Shown piece by piece: positions 26,519 to 39,266 of a stretch of DNA of 64,000 bases. Below the pieces are notes generated by a model. It searched no databases and had not been told where the DNA came from. It worked only from the letters and a program-made list of their open reading frames with translations. The stretch is from Heteronotia binoei (lineage: Eukaryota), in NCBI RefSeq assembly GCF_032191835.1, contig NC_083227.1, positions 18,290,001 to 18,354,000 of the forward strand. Direction: 5' to 3'. Both the position numbers and the translations under genes were made by a program. The first letter of the stretch is position 1. Each line of letters starts with the position of its first letter.

Positions 26519-27244
26519 CTTTTGCGTAGCACCTTCAGCCTCTCCTCTCCTGAGGAGGAAATCTTCCGCCAAGGCCACTGCCTGGCTGCTGGTCTCAGGA
26601 CTATATTCCCTGACCCAGCTCTGCATTTCCTGAGGCAGGATGAACAAGAACTGCTCCAGGATCACCAGCTCCAGGACCTGCTCCTTGGTGTGTCTCTCTG
26701 GCTCCAGCCATTGATGGCAGAGATCCTGGAGTTGGCTGAAAGCCTCTCGGGGTCCCTCGGCCTCCTGGTAGCAGAACTGCCTGAAACGCTGCTGGCACGT
26801 CTCCAAGCCGACCAGGAACTCCTCCAGTATCTCTTCCTTCACTTTGACAGAAGAAGCTGTAGGGTCAGAGGCCTCTCGGGTCTCCTCACTAAGTTCTGGT
26901 GGAATTTGGGCCACACACTCCCTTTGAGGCCATGGGGTGATGCCAGCTGCTGCCGTGAAGGAGGCTGGGAACTTCTGGGAACTGTCCTCTTCTGACAGGG
27001 TCCGAGGCCGCTGTGGATTGTACCATCCCATATGTGGGAACTGGGTCATCTTTGGGAATTCCTGATGCTGGACTTTCCCGTGTGGTTGCAACCCTTCAGC
27101 TGGTTCTTCCTTGATGGGTTGCAGAGCTGCCCCTGCCAGAAACTCCCTTACAGTTTCAACTTGGAGAATCTGAGGGATTCTTCCTCCCAAATCCAGGCAT
27201 TCACTTGTTGGAGATCCTGCCAAACTCAGCCCCTCCATTTTCAT
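26519..27244 (-). CDS. ZSCAN-B first coding exon with SCAN domain
   Basis: [78 protein letters not shown]. Donor AAG|gtgaga at 26518; upstream acceptor near 27259; 726 nt. Confidence 0.92.
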
Positions 27245-27490
27245 TCCTGGCTATAGTTCTAGTACAAAAAAAAAATCATTTTAATAAGGACAAGGCAATC
27301 TCTCTCCTATCTAGCAGTTACCCTGTCCTTCTTCCAAGTAGCTCAGGGTAGTGTATGTTGTTCTCCCTCCCCCATTTTAACCACACAACAACCCTGTAAG
27401 ATAGGTTAGGCAGAGAGTGACTGGTCCAAGGTCTCCCAGCTGTCAGGGGCCCTTGCCATTTTATTGTTTCTGTATGTGGAATGTCTCCAG

Positions 27491-27780
27491 AAAAGAAGAA
27501 GAAAAATAAGACTGCAGATTTATACCCTGCCCTTCCCTCTGAATCAGAGACTCAGAGTGGCTCACAATCTCCTTTACCTTCCTCCCCCACAACAGACATC
27601 CTGTGAGGTAGGTGGGGCTGAGAGAGCTCTCACAGAAGCTGCCCTTTCAAGGACAACTCTCGCAAGATCTATGGCTGACCCAAGGCCATTCCAGCAGCTG
27701 CAAATGGAGGAGTGGGGCATCAAACCCGGTTCTCCCAGATAAGAGCCCACACACTTAACCACTACACCAAACTGGCTATC
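27491..27780 (-). mobile_element. Squam3-like SINE
   Basis: Full head-to-tail match to the family consensus seen elsewhere in the window; another copy at 28610-28885. Confidence 0.75.
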
Positions 27781-29770
27781 TTAGACAAGTATAGCTTCTG
27801 AAGCTATGGCTATCAGCAAGCCTAAAGAAAAGTGTCCTGCCCCTTTAACAGAGGCTTACTGTGTGGAAATGTAGAAACGAGCAAGAGTCCAGGAACACCA
27901 TAAAGACTAGCACATTTTGTGGCAAGGCGGGAGCTTTTTTGTGAGTCGCTGCTGGTAGACAAAACGGAGAGAAAAAAGACAGGTCGGCTGTCTAACAGGA
28001 TATTAAGGCAGCAAGAGCTTGCCCTTGAAAGGAGGTGCCAGGAGAAAGGAACGGGTAGAGCATCAGCTTTGAGTCCTTAGAGCAACTCCAAAGCATCTCC
28101 AGTTAAAAGGATCTTTCCCTGCCAGAGACCCTGGAGAGCGGTTGCCAGTCAGAAGAGACAAGGTTAAATTAGTTGGTGTAGTCACTCGATGCAAAGCGGA
28201 CTCACTTTCTGATCTACCGAGTTTTTCCAAAACTCACCTCTCTCAGTTACTGACTTGGGCTGCAGCCCCTGGAAATATGCAAGAGACGCCCACCTTCAAA
28301 ACGACCCCAAAGGCAGTTTCTTTCCACCGAGCCTTGGGGGAGAGACAAGAAAAGGATGTCCATACAACGCAGACTCTCTAGCAAGTGGAGCTCTCTCAGT
28401 TTAACCCCTTGTGTGGAAAAGCTGCCTTACCTGGCAGGGAAGATGGTATTTAACCTCCAGAACCAGATTCAGTCTTTCTTGGAGGCCCTGTCCTTTGGCC
28501 TTCAAGCCCTCTCTGAGCCATAAGCATTGTTGATAATGTGGGAGGGCACTCTGCATCTGCCCAGAGGCACTCTCAGAAGTTACTGAAAACCTTTTATCTT
28601 CTCACAAAGAAGAAGATATTGGGTTTATATCCCGCCCTATACTCTAACTCTCAGAGTCTCAGAGCGGTCACAATCTCCTTTACCTCCTCACCCCCCACCC
28701 CCACAACAGACAGCCTGTGAGGTAGGTGGGGCTGAGAGAGCTTTTTACAGCAGCTGCCCTTTCAAGGACAACTCCTGTGAAGGCTAGGGCTGACCCAAGG
28801 CCATTCCAGCAGCTGCAAATGGAATCAAAGGAGTGGGGAATCAAACTCAATTCCCCCAGATAAGAGTCCACATACTTAACCACATACATTGTGGTAACCT
28901 TGTGTTTTGAGATTTTTTTCAAAAACCATCCACCTCACATCAAGTTTTTCCATCTGTCAGAGTCAAAAGATTTTTTCCACATACATTAATGGCATTTTAA
29001 AACAGATTTTTTTCTTTCACATTCTCTAGTTCCTTTTGTGTCTTGTTTCTAGGTGAAAAGCCTTTATCAGGGATTTGCGGTTTTATCAATAAATGATTAG
29101 CAATTCTATTAATTTACCTCCTGCATATCCCCATTTTCTCCCACTGGGGATCCAACAGCTTCCATCGCTCTCCTTACCTCCATTTTATCTTCACAAAAGC
29201 AAGAGTTTAGGAGGAGCCTCAGCAGGGTCCAATGTCATAGACTCCACCCTCCAAAGCAGCCATTTTCTCCACGGTGATTGATCTCTGTATTCTGGAGACT
29301 GGTTGTAATTCCAGGAGATCTCATAAGAGAAGCCATGTTGGATCAGGCCAATGGCCCATCCAGTCCAACACACTATGTCACACAGTGGCCAAAAAAACCC
29401 TCAAGTGCTATCAGGATGCCCACCAGTGGAGCTAGGACACTAGAAGCCCTCCCACTGTGCCCCCCAGCACCAAGAATACAGAGCATCACTGCCCCAACAG
29501 AGAGTTCAATCTATACCTTGTGGCTAATAGCACTGATGGACCTCTGCGCCATATGTTTATCTAATATCCTCTTGAAGCTGGCTGTGCTTGTAGCTGCCAC
29601 CACCTCCTGTGGCAGTGAATTCCATACGTTAATCACCCTTTGGGTGATAGAGCAGTTCCTCAGTGGAACAGGCTTCCTTGTGAGGTGGTGGTGGGCTCTC
29701 CTTCCTTGAAGGTTTTCAAACTGAGGCAAGAGGGAGATATATTGGTGAAGTTCCTGCATTGTGGAGGTTT

Positions 29771-29980
29771 GGGAGGGACGGTGGCTCAGTGGTAGAGCAT
29801 CTGCTTGGGAAGCAGAAGGTCCCAGGTTCAATCCCTGGCATCTCCAAAAAAGGGTCCAGGCAAATATGTGTGAAAAACCTCAGCTTGAGACCCTGGAGAG
29901 CTGCTGCCAGTCTGAGAAGACAATACTGACTTTGATGGACCAAGGGTCTGATTCAGTATAAGGCAGCTTCATATGTTCAT
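29771..29980 (+). mobile_element. tRNA-headed SINE, third family (ends ttcagtataaggcagcttcat)
   Basis: A-box tggctcagtggtagag and B-box ggttcaatccc. Related copies at 30866-31066, 50695-50890 and 60776-60972. Confidence 0.7.
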
Positions 29981-32900
29981 ACGTTGCACTAGATGACCCT
30001 GGAGGTCCCTTCCAATTCTATGTGATGTCAACAATGTTCACCCCAACTTGAACTTCACCCTGGACCAATCCATATAAGTACATTTTCTGTATAGCTTTGG
30101 CATAGAAGTAGACAGGGCTATACAGTGAGATCAGGTCCTTGGATGCCTTAGTTTAATGTAGATGCTGTGGCAGATGACTCTGTGTTGCTGACGGCCAATG
30201 GCTTTGCTGTCCTTTCAAGAGAGAGCCCTTGTCAGTTTTGAATGGGAAGGAAATGCTCAGTAGGATGGTGGGGTGGGGTGGGGTGGGGTGGGGGGGAAGA
30301 GGAATATGGAAGAACAGGAGGGAAGTCATCCAGGGTGACAAACTAGGGCTGCCAACCCCTAGGTGAGGGCAGGGGATCCCCCAGTTTGGAAGCCCTCCCC
30401 CCACTTCAGGGTCATCAGAAAGTGGGGTGGGGGAGGGAAATGTCTGCTGGGCACTCCATCATTCCCTATGGAGGCTGAGTCCCATAGAGTATAATGGAGA
30501 ATTGATCCATGGGTATCTGGGGCTCTGGGGGAGTTATTTTTTGAGGCAAAGGCACTGAATTTGCAGCATAGCATCCAATGCCTCTCCTCAAAACATCCTC
30601 CAAGTTTCCTTGATTATTTCCAATGTAGGGAAGGCATTAAAAAAGGTGTGCGGTCCCTTTAAATGTGATGGCCAGAACTCCCTTTGAAGTTCGATCGTGC
30701 TTGTCTCAACCTTGCTCCTGGCTCCACCCTGATGTCTCCTGACTCCACCCCCAAAGTCTCCTGGCTCCATCCCCAAAGTCCCCAGATATTTCTTGAATTG
30801 GACTTGGCAATCCTATGACAAACCCTTCTGCTTCAATCCTATCTCAAGCTATCCCTTGAGAGCTCGGGGAGGGGCCACGGCTCAGTGGTAGCAGGTCCCA
30901 GGTTCAATCCCTGGCAGCATCTCCAGTTCAAAGGATCAGGTGATAGGTGATGTGAAAGACCTTCACCCGAGACCCTGGAGAGCTGCTGCCACTCAGTCTG
31001 CGTAGATAATACAGATTTTGATAAACCAATGGTCTGGTTCAGTATAAGGCAGCTTCATGTGTTCATGGACCCCACTATGGAACTTTGCAATGAATACATA
31101 GCCACCACCTTACACTGAAAACCATTGACTGTCGATCATGCCTGAATGCTTGTAGCTGCCATTCAGAATGGGGATGCTAAGGGGTGGCTGACCATCCCTG
31201 GGAACTTTTGGGGTGGGGCAAGGGGTACAGGGCCAGCTCTGCCACTGGGCAAACTAGGTGACTGCCTAGGGCACTGGGCTTCTGGGGGCGTCCATGTGAC
31301 TCAGTGATATTATCAGTGTGGGGGGAGGGGCACCAGAAGTTGGCCTTGCCTGGGGCGCCAGACAGTCAAGGGCCATCCCTGGAGGGGTGGAAACAATGTC
31401 AAGTTATATGCTGACGTCACATATAGGCAAAAATTGGGATGGGATGTGATGACAGAAGTTCTAGCTGATGTCTAATGTCATGTTAGACCTCAAGAGGGCA
31501 TAATGCCACAGAGTCTACTCTCCAAAGCGGTCACTGATCTGGCTGCCTGGATTGATGCTGCAATAACAACATGGCTCATATCAGCAGGGGCAAGTGCCAA
31601 CCTTACAAATGGGCAGAATCAACAACTGCCCTCCATTGTGGCTCCTGCCCTGTTGAATGGCCTGCCCAAGGTCAGGAAAGCTCCCATCCCCCGGTTTCCT
31701 GCAAACAGCACAAAACTGAATTATTCAAGAGGGCTTTTCTGTGCAGGTAACAGGGTTGCATTGCACAAAATGGCTCACAAAACTTACTTGGGTAAACGTT
31801 TGAGACTGTATGTGGTCTATACTGCTGTGGAAAGCTTACTTGTAAGAAGGGTCCCATTATGTAATTTCTGTACTACTTGGCACGTTAAATATTTATGCTA
31901 TGCTTCAGTTCTTTCTCATTGCCTTCAGACTTCTACAAGTCTAATGCATTGCTTATTGAGTATCCCAGTTTGTTGATTGTCTTACTATGCGTACTCCACC
32001 TTGAGTCCCTATGAGAAAAGACAACTATAAATCACATTAATAAAGAAATGCAATTTATCAATGGGAAATGACCTCTACAGTCTGGAGAGCCATTATAATT
32101 CTCGGCAGGCCTCATTTTGGGCAGGAGCTCACAGGAGCGGAGCTCTGGAACCTCTAAATTTTACTGTGCACTTTCTCCCCCCCCCTCCCCGCCCTTATAA
32201 TTGCTTCTGGGCTCCATTGTTCAAACCCCCTGTGAAAATTTTTGCTGAACTCTTAAGATTTGACAAACTTTCTAATATTTCCCCCCACAAAAAAAGGGAA
32301 AATAACCAAAACATACAAAGCAGGCAGATGGAAATCTTCATCATGGCACTGTGGCCACAGAGGAGAAAGTAATTTAAAAAGTCTGAATGGAGTAGGGTTT
32401 TATTATGACAATTATAATTCAAGAAGCACTTTAAGATAGATGCTGAGCTGCTACAATTTAGTACACCTTCCGGTAATGCCAGGGGTGTGTGGCATATGCA
32501 AATGAGTTGTGCTAATGAGCTCCAGCACCTCTTTTTCTATGAAATGACCCCTGATTTCCCTGAGATCTCCAGGCCTTACCTGAAGGTGGGCAACCTATGC
32601 TAGTTTAGGAAAAAGCGAAGTTCTCTCCAGGAATTTTCCTTTCCTATTTGGACTGTGGCTCAATAAGACAGCATCTGCTTTGCATTCAGTGCAAATTTGT
32701 AGCTCACAAAGGGTTGCCAGATCTAGGTTGGGAATCTCCAGATTTGGGAATGGAGCCTGGAGAGGACAAGGACTTCAGTGGGGTACGATGCCATGGAGCC
32801 CACCCTCAAAGGATTCCATTTTATCCAGAGGGGCTGATCATCTGGAGATGAACTGTACTTCCAGGGGATCCACAGATCCCACCTGGAGGCTGTCATCCCT

Positions 32901-33499
32901 AATTTATTTTTCCAGTGCCAGAATTATATCACTTCTGGGGGGGGGGGGGGAGAGAACCGTCAAAATTAGGGTTGCCAAGTCCAATTCAAGAAATATCTGG
33001 GGACTTTGGGGGTGGAGCCAGGAGACATGGGGGTGGAGCAAGGTTGTGACAAGCATAATTGAACTCCAAAGGGAGTTCCGGCCATCACATTTAAAGGGAC
33101 AGCACACCTTTTAAATGCCTTCCCTCCACTGGAATAATAGGGGCACCTTCTTTGGGGGCTCATAGAATTGGACCCCCTGGTCCAATCTTCTTGAAACTTG
33201 GAGGGTGTTTTGAGGAGAGGCACCAGATACTATGTTGGAGATTTGGTGCCTCCATCTCAAAACACACACACACACCCCGATCAATTCTCCTTCATACTCT
33301 ATGAGAATCGGTCTCCATAGGGAATAATAGGGTGCCCAGCAGATATTTCCCTCCCTCCCCTCCGGCTTTCTGATGACCCTGCCCCCACCTGGGGATTGGC
33401 AACCCTATTCAAAATAGCTGAATAAGACTTCCCTAGGAACAAGACTAATCACTGGAAAATGTCCCCCTGAACCGACTTCAATCTCCCAGCGAATAGCAA

Positions 33500-33830
33500 A
33501 AAAAACCATTTCCGCCTCCGTGGCCGTTGACTGACTAGCCGGAAGTATCTGGAGCCTTTCTAGGAATCCCGCAGCTGTGGCGTCTCTTTGGTAGAAAATG
33601 ACTCAGGAAGCGAAAGGGCCAGGAAAAAGCAGGAGATTCCTAGAGCGGCCCGGAGCGCCTCTCTCTTCCCCCTTTTCTTTCCCCCTCTTCCTGGCACTTG
33701 GAGCGTCGAGGAGGGTCGGTGATTTCCTGCGCCAAAAGTGGAGCTGGAGCCTTGCTGAAAAGTGGGGGAAGAGCCAGCTGGGCCGAGAAATACTGCAAGA
33801 GAGGCGAAGCGAGGAGGGGCGAAGGAAAAG
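33500..33830 (+). promoter_or_regulatory. CpG-rich promoter / non-coding exon 1 of transposase-derived gene A
   Basis: Local CpG enrichment, CCGGAAGT (ETS-type) motif near 33539, and donor AAAG|gtaaga at 33831. Shares motifs with 52690-53018. Confidence 0.65.
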
Positions 33831-36178
33831 GTAAGAGTCGTGCCAGGGCAGGTTCAAATAGTGTTCCCCTAAAGTTAGTTGGGTGGGAACTCTTCCTCCC
33901 GTATTCGAGCCTGGAGGGTATTTTTAGGCATGCCGCCCTGAGCTTTTGGGAGGGGAGAATTGCGTTAAGAAGTGATTTAGGGGTAGATTTTAGACCCTAT
34001 TCGGTGCTGGACCCTCTTGTAGATTGGGGCCTTGAGCCAAACCCCACTACTGGCACCATCGAGCAAGCAGCGGCCCTAGGGGTGGGTAAGAAATTGTACC
34101 TGAAGGAAAAACAAAAGAAGGTTGCATTTGTTGAATTAAACTATACCTTAGAGGTTAAGGCTTCCAGGGACAGAAACGGGATGTGTTTAGGCATGCCAAT
34201 CCTCAGGAGGGGGTACGGGATCCCCCAGTTTGGAGGCCCTCCCCCCTTCAGGGTTATCAGAAAGCGAGGGGAAGAATGTCTGCTGGGCACTCTCATTTTT
34301 CCCTATGGAGTGCGATTCCCATAGGGTATAATGGAGAATTGATCCATGAGTATCTGTAGCATAGCATCTGATGCCTCTCCTCAAAACACCCTCCACGTTT
34401 CAAAAGGATTGGACAAGGGAGTTCAATTCTATGAGCCCCCCCCAAAAAAGGTGCCCCATCCTTCATTATTTCCAGTGGACGGAAGGCAGTTAAAAGGTGT
34501 GCAGTCCCTTTCAATGTGATGGCCAGAACTCCCTTTGGAGTTCAACTATGTTTGTCACAACCTTGTTCCTGGCTCCACCCCCCAAAGTCCCCAGATATTT
34601 CTTGAAATGGGCTTGGCAACTCCAGGTGTGTTGGTTCCCTCCCCCCCATAGCCGATCTCTGATCCCCTCTGCCAGTTACTTTGGGGGGAGGGTGTATTCA
34701 GGAGCACAATGGTGAGGCATTTTGGAATGGGGGAGCAGGTGGCTTCTTGGATGGAAGTCTTCCCAGCCAAGAAAACGTTAGGTGGGAGCTGTGGAGCAAA
34801 GTGCATTTGAAGCAGATTTGTGATATATCCATTCAGAGGAATGTATTCACCTGAGACCTGCTTCCCAGAATCTTGTGAGGGGATGGTTTCAGAATGGTAG
34901 CTGACAATAGTACGCCAGATTCTGTTAAGAATATGCAGTGCTGCTCCTGGATGTGCCAGAGATATCCCAGGATGACGACAAAGTTAGGGACTTGGCCTAT
35001 GAAAGAGGCTATGCATGGAAAGTATGGAAGAGGCATGTTTTGTGTAAGACTTTCCCAATTGCAACTGAAAGTAATTACTTGGATGATACTTTTCAGTGCA
35101 GGCTGTGATTTGTACCTTGTATGGTAAGAGGACAAAGATTTATGAAACTTTTACAAATGTGCCATCATACTTTTAGAATTATAAAGCCACTTTGCTCTGG
35201 GATAAATATGAGAGGTGTTCCTCCCCCTGAATTTATTATAATAGTTGGTAATTGTAACGTGCTGGTGAAAGCTCATTCAGCATTACAGAAGCAGATATTA
35301 ATAAACCTGAAGATTTCTTTGGAATTGGTGGTGGGTACAATGGCTGTCGTGAGACACAGAGCCAGCCACAAAATGTTGGAGTGAGGTTGTGTGTAACTCC
35401 AGTGAAACTGAGACTTTTAAAAAAAAATAGATTTGCTTACAGAGATACTCTGGGTGGGAATAGTGGGGCCAAAAGGAAGCTTAACTGTGAGAGTTTGTTA
35501 TTGCCCACCAGATCAAAGGTTAGAAAATTATTTAAAAACAGCAAAAGAATAAAAGAAAGCAGCTAGATGAATAACTTTGTCATAATAGGTTCTTTACTCA
35601 CACATTGATTGGGTCAATAGGCATGTGTTCAAGTCAGGAGGAAGGGGTTGGGTTTCTAGATACACTCAACAACTGTGCCATGGAGCAGATGGCCACAGAA
35701 CGTACTTGGGGGAAGGCAGTCCTGAACTTGATCCTAAGTAATGTTCACTACCTGGTGAGAGATGCAAACATGATAGTGACAATTGGGAATAGTGACCATA
35801 ATACTGTTAAGAACAAGTTTGAATCCAGTAGCACCTTTAAGACGAACACATTTAATTCGTGCAAACAGAAGCTTATACCCAGAAGTAAACTTGGTTGGTC
35901 TTAAAAATGTCACTGGACTCAAACTTTGTTTTGTTGCTTCAGACCAACATGGCTACCCAACTGAATCCACAAGGCTGTTAAGTTTAGCAGTTATGTACAT
36001 AGAAGGTTTCCCCAGAAGACCAACACAGCCACATTTAATTTAAGAAAGGGCAACTTCTCTCAAATGAAGGGCCTTGTGAAGAAGAAACTGAAAGTAAAGT
36101 TAAGGAGGATCAATTCGCTTCTGAAAGCTTGCAAACTTTTTAAAACTACAGTACTGGAAGCGCTGATAAAATGTATAT

Positions 36179-36315
36179 CAGGGGTGGCCAACAGTAGCTC
36201 TCCAGACGTTTTTTGCCTACAACTCCCATCAACCCCAGCCACTGGCCATGCTGGCTGGAGCTGATGGGAGTTGTAGGCAAAAAAACATCTGGAGAGCTAC
36301 CGTTAGCCACCCCTG
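36179..36315. mobile_element. hAT MITE, perfect 8-bp TSD atgtatat
   Basis: caggggtggccaacagtagctctccag / ctggagagctaccgttagccacccctg. Sister copy at 49060-49194 with TSD ctatattg. Confidence 0.85.
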
Positions 36316-36429
36316 ATGTATATCACAGGTTAGGAAAGGTACAAATAGGTCTTTTTTAAAAGCCAGCATGGTTAACAAACAAAGTCATGGAAGCAGTAAA
36401 AAGAAATAGATTCCTTTAAGCGGTGGAAG

Positions 36430-36707
36430 GCTAGTCAGTTTGGTGTAGTGCTTAAGTGCGCAGACTCTTATCTGTGAGAACCGAGTTTGATTCCCCACTC
36501 CTCAGAGCTGCTGGAATGGCCTTGGGTTAGCCATAGCTATTGCAGGAGTTGTCCTTGAAAGGGCAGCTGCTGTGAGAGCCCTCTCAGCCCCACCCACCTC
36601 ACAGGGTGTCTGCTGTGGGGAGAGAAGATACAGGAGATTGTAAGCTGCTCTGAGTCTCTGATTTGGAGAGAAAGGCAGGGTATAAATCTGCAGTCGTCGT
36701 CGTCTTC
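36430..36707 (+). mobile_element. Squam3-like SINE nested in old CR1
   Basis: cagtttggtgtagtgcttaagtgcgcagactcttatctg..ggcagggtataaatctgcagtcgtc. Confidence 0.75.
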
Positions 36708-38686
36708 TAGTCTGAGTGAGATAAATAAAAGGGAGCACAAGCTTTGGCAAGTAAAATGCAAGGAGGTGATCAGACAGGCAAATAGGGACCATGAGGCTCA
36801 TATTGCAAAAAACATATAATACCACCAATAAAAATATCTTAAAATAAATTAGAAGCAGAAAACCAACCAGGGAGGGAGCTGGGCTCTTGGATGACTAAGA
36901 AGTGAAAGGTTTACTAAAGGATGATAGAAAAATGGCAGAGAAGCTGACTTCAGTTTTTGCCTGTATCATATCAGCCTGTATAAATCGATGGCGTGGCTTC
37001 ATTTGAAATACTTAGTACGGATCTGGTCAAAATAGCTCAAAAAGATATTATAGCATTGGAAAAGATGCAGAAAAGGAAAACAAAAATTATTAAAGGGATG
37101 GAACACCTTCCCTATGAAGAAAGCCATAAAGAGATTAGGGCTTTTTATCCTGAAGAAACAAAGACTGGGGGGGAGAGGTTTCTAAAAAGATGCATGGGAT
37201 AGAGAAAGGAGATAAAGTACTTTTCTCACAGTACAAGAGCTCATGGGCACTCAATAACATGACTGAGTATGTTAGAACAGATAAAAGGAAGTTCTTAGAC
37301 CCCACTTTTCTCCCTATTGGAGACTCAAAGCAGCTTAGAACAGATAAAAGGAAGTTCTTCACCCAAAGCGTAATTAACACATGGAATCCACAACCACAGG
37401 AATTGGTGGCAGCTACAATTATAGACAGCTTCAAGAGGGGATTGGATAAACATACGGAACAGAGGTCCATAAGTGGCTGTTAACCAGAAGGTATAGATGG
37501 GAACATTATGTCTGGGGCAGTGGCACTCTGTATTCTTGGTGCTTGGGAGGGGGGGGCAACAGTGGGAAGGCTTCTGAAGTTCTGGCCCTGCTGGTGGACC
37601 TCCTGCTGCACCATTCTAAGCCCATTGGCTTTGATGGACTGAGAAAGGTACTGTTAAGATTGATTCCATATGTTCTGGGAAGTTCACAGACTCACCTTTT
37701 GGTGGTAACCTGCAGTCCTTAGGCACACTTAGGTGAAGCCCTATTAATCAGTGGTGTAGGATTCGAGTTGTATGTTGTTTTGTGTGCAGAAGTAGTTGTG
37801 GCTTTTTAAAGCTACATGGGCAGAGTGACCACTTAGAGTGTTGGACTGGGGTCTGGCAGATCCAGGCTTGAATCCCCACTCTGCCATGGAAACTTGCTGG
37901 GTGATTTGGGGACTGTCATACTCGCTCAGCCTAACCTAAGAGGATGCTGTCAGCTATGCGTGAGTGGAGACGAATGGTGCCTAACTGCAGAGTCTCAATT
38001 ACTCTTAACCAGGGCTTTTTTGGTAGCAGGAACTCCTTTGCATATTAGGCTCCACCTCCCTGATGTAGCCAATCCTCCAAGAGCTTACAGGGCTCTTAGT
38101 GCAGGGCCTGCTGTAAGCTCCAGGAGGATTGGCTACATCAGGGGTGTGTGACCTAATATGCAAAGGAGTTCCTGCTACAAAAAAAGTCCTGCTCTTAACT
38201 ATTAACAAAGATATTTTTACATGTCAGTCTCCTACTTTGACATATTTACTGCTCCACTGTTCCCCCCCTCTAATTATATCCAAAATATTGTTGCTATTTA
38301 GTCTTTACATATGTCAAAGCATCTTCATTAAGTTGTATGCTAATTTGCTGCTCACCTATGTAGAGGCATCTGGCTGCATATATGAAACACGAGCTTTCAT
38401 TTTCATGTATCTGAAGAAGTGTGTCTGCTTATGAAAGCTCATACTTTGAATAAGCTTTTATTGGTCTTAAAGGTGCCACTGGTCTCAAAATCTGTTCTGC
38501 TGCTTCAGACCAACAAGGCTGTTCACCTGGATCTCCCTACCTCATATGGTGGTGGTTGTGAGGATAAAATGGAGGACAGGAGGAAGTTGTAAGCTGCTTT
38601 GGGTCTCCATTAGGGAGAAAAGTGGAGTCTAAGTATCTAAATTAACTTGTACCAACTAGTTTTTAGAAAGTCTCACAGCATCTCAG

Positions 38687-38951
38687 AAGAGAAGAAGAGA
38701 TTGGATTTATACCCTGCCCTTCACTAGCCAAAGGAGTCTCAGAGCGCCTTACAAATCTCCTTCCCCTCCCCACAACAGACACCTTGTGAGGTAGGTGGGG
38801 CTGAGAGAGCTCTCCCAGAACTGCTCTTGAGCAGAACAGCCTTGAGAGAACTTATGGCTGACCCACAGTCACATCAGCAGGCGTATGTGGGGGATCAAAC
38901 CCGGTTCTCCCAGATAAGAGTCTGCACACTTAACCACTACACCAAACTGGC
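38687..38951 (-). mobile_element. Squam3-like SINE in intron of transposase gene A
   Basis: Flanked by tctcag on both sides (38681 and 38952). The paralogous intron of gene B has the empty site at about 55921-55945. Confidence 0.8.
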
Positions 38952-39266
38952 TCTCAGGCCACACAGAACATCTTAATGAGACTTTGGCACTCAGAATTAT
39001 TCTGCCCATGCTGCAAAGACTTGTTTTCTACAAGGAGGAGTACAGTTATCCTTCAGCTATTGGTTTCCACAATACACACAACACAACGTATTGTCTGATC
39101 GAATAGGTGCCTACTGGGTGAGTGTGTGTGTGTGTTTGCGGGGGGGGGGGCGGGGTGTGGAGTTCCAACCTGTATGGAATTAAAAGCAATTTGTTTTGTT
39201 GATCTTTGTTTACAGGAGGCAGGCTTGGCTCAGAAAATATCGACAGGACATCAGGATCAGGGAAAC

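Larger units (their letters stand above)
35400..37610 (+). mobile_element. Old fragmented CR1 ORF2 (endonuclease remnant to 3' UTR) with nested younger insertions
   Basis: Degenerate CY(R)PPDQ, VIMGDFN-like, FLD..EQM..TWGKAVLNLIL..GNSDH (35440-35820), then LEKMQKR..IIKGMEHLPYEE and RKFFTQSVINTWN (36990-37480). Confidence 0.7.

Noticed and set aside
29771-29850. tRNA-gene-like heads (A/B boxes) here and in many other places
   Set aside because: They are SINE 5' ends continuing into SINE bodies, without a complete cloverleaf.
31503-31976. 157-aa ORF
   Set aside because: Contains a decayed L2 3' remnant (VAPALLNGLP..VRKAP); not a gene.
33698-34324. 208-aa ORF over the first CpG-rich region
   Set aside because: TTG start, runs through the splice donor into intron and a repeat; low-complexity GC-rich translation.
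39126-39266. N-terminal 47-aa extension of transposase A in the ORF track
   Set aside because: It starts at a GTG in a (tg)n/poly-G tract and crosses the polypyrimidine tract and acceptor at 39215. The conserved start is ATG 39267, matching 56391.
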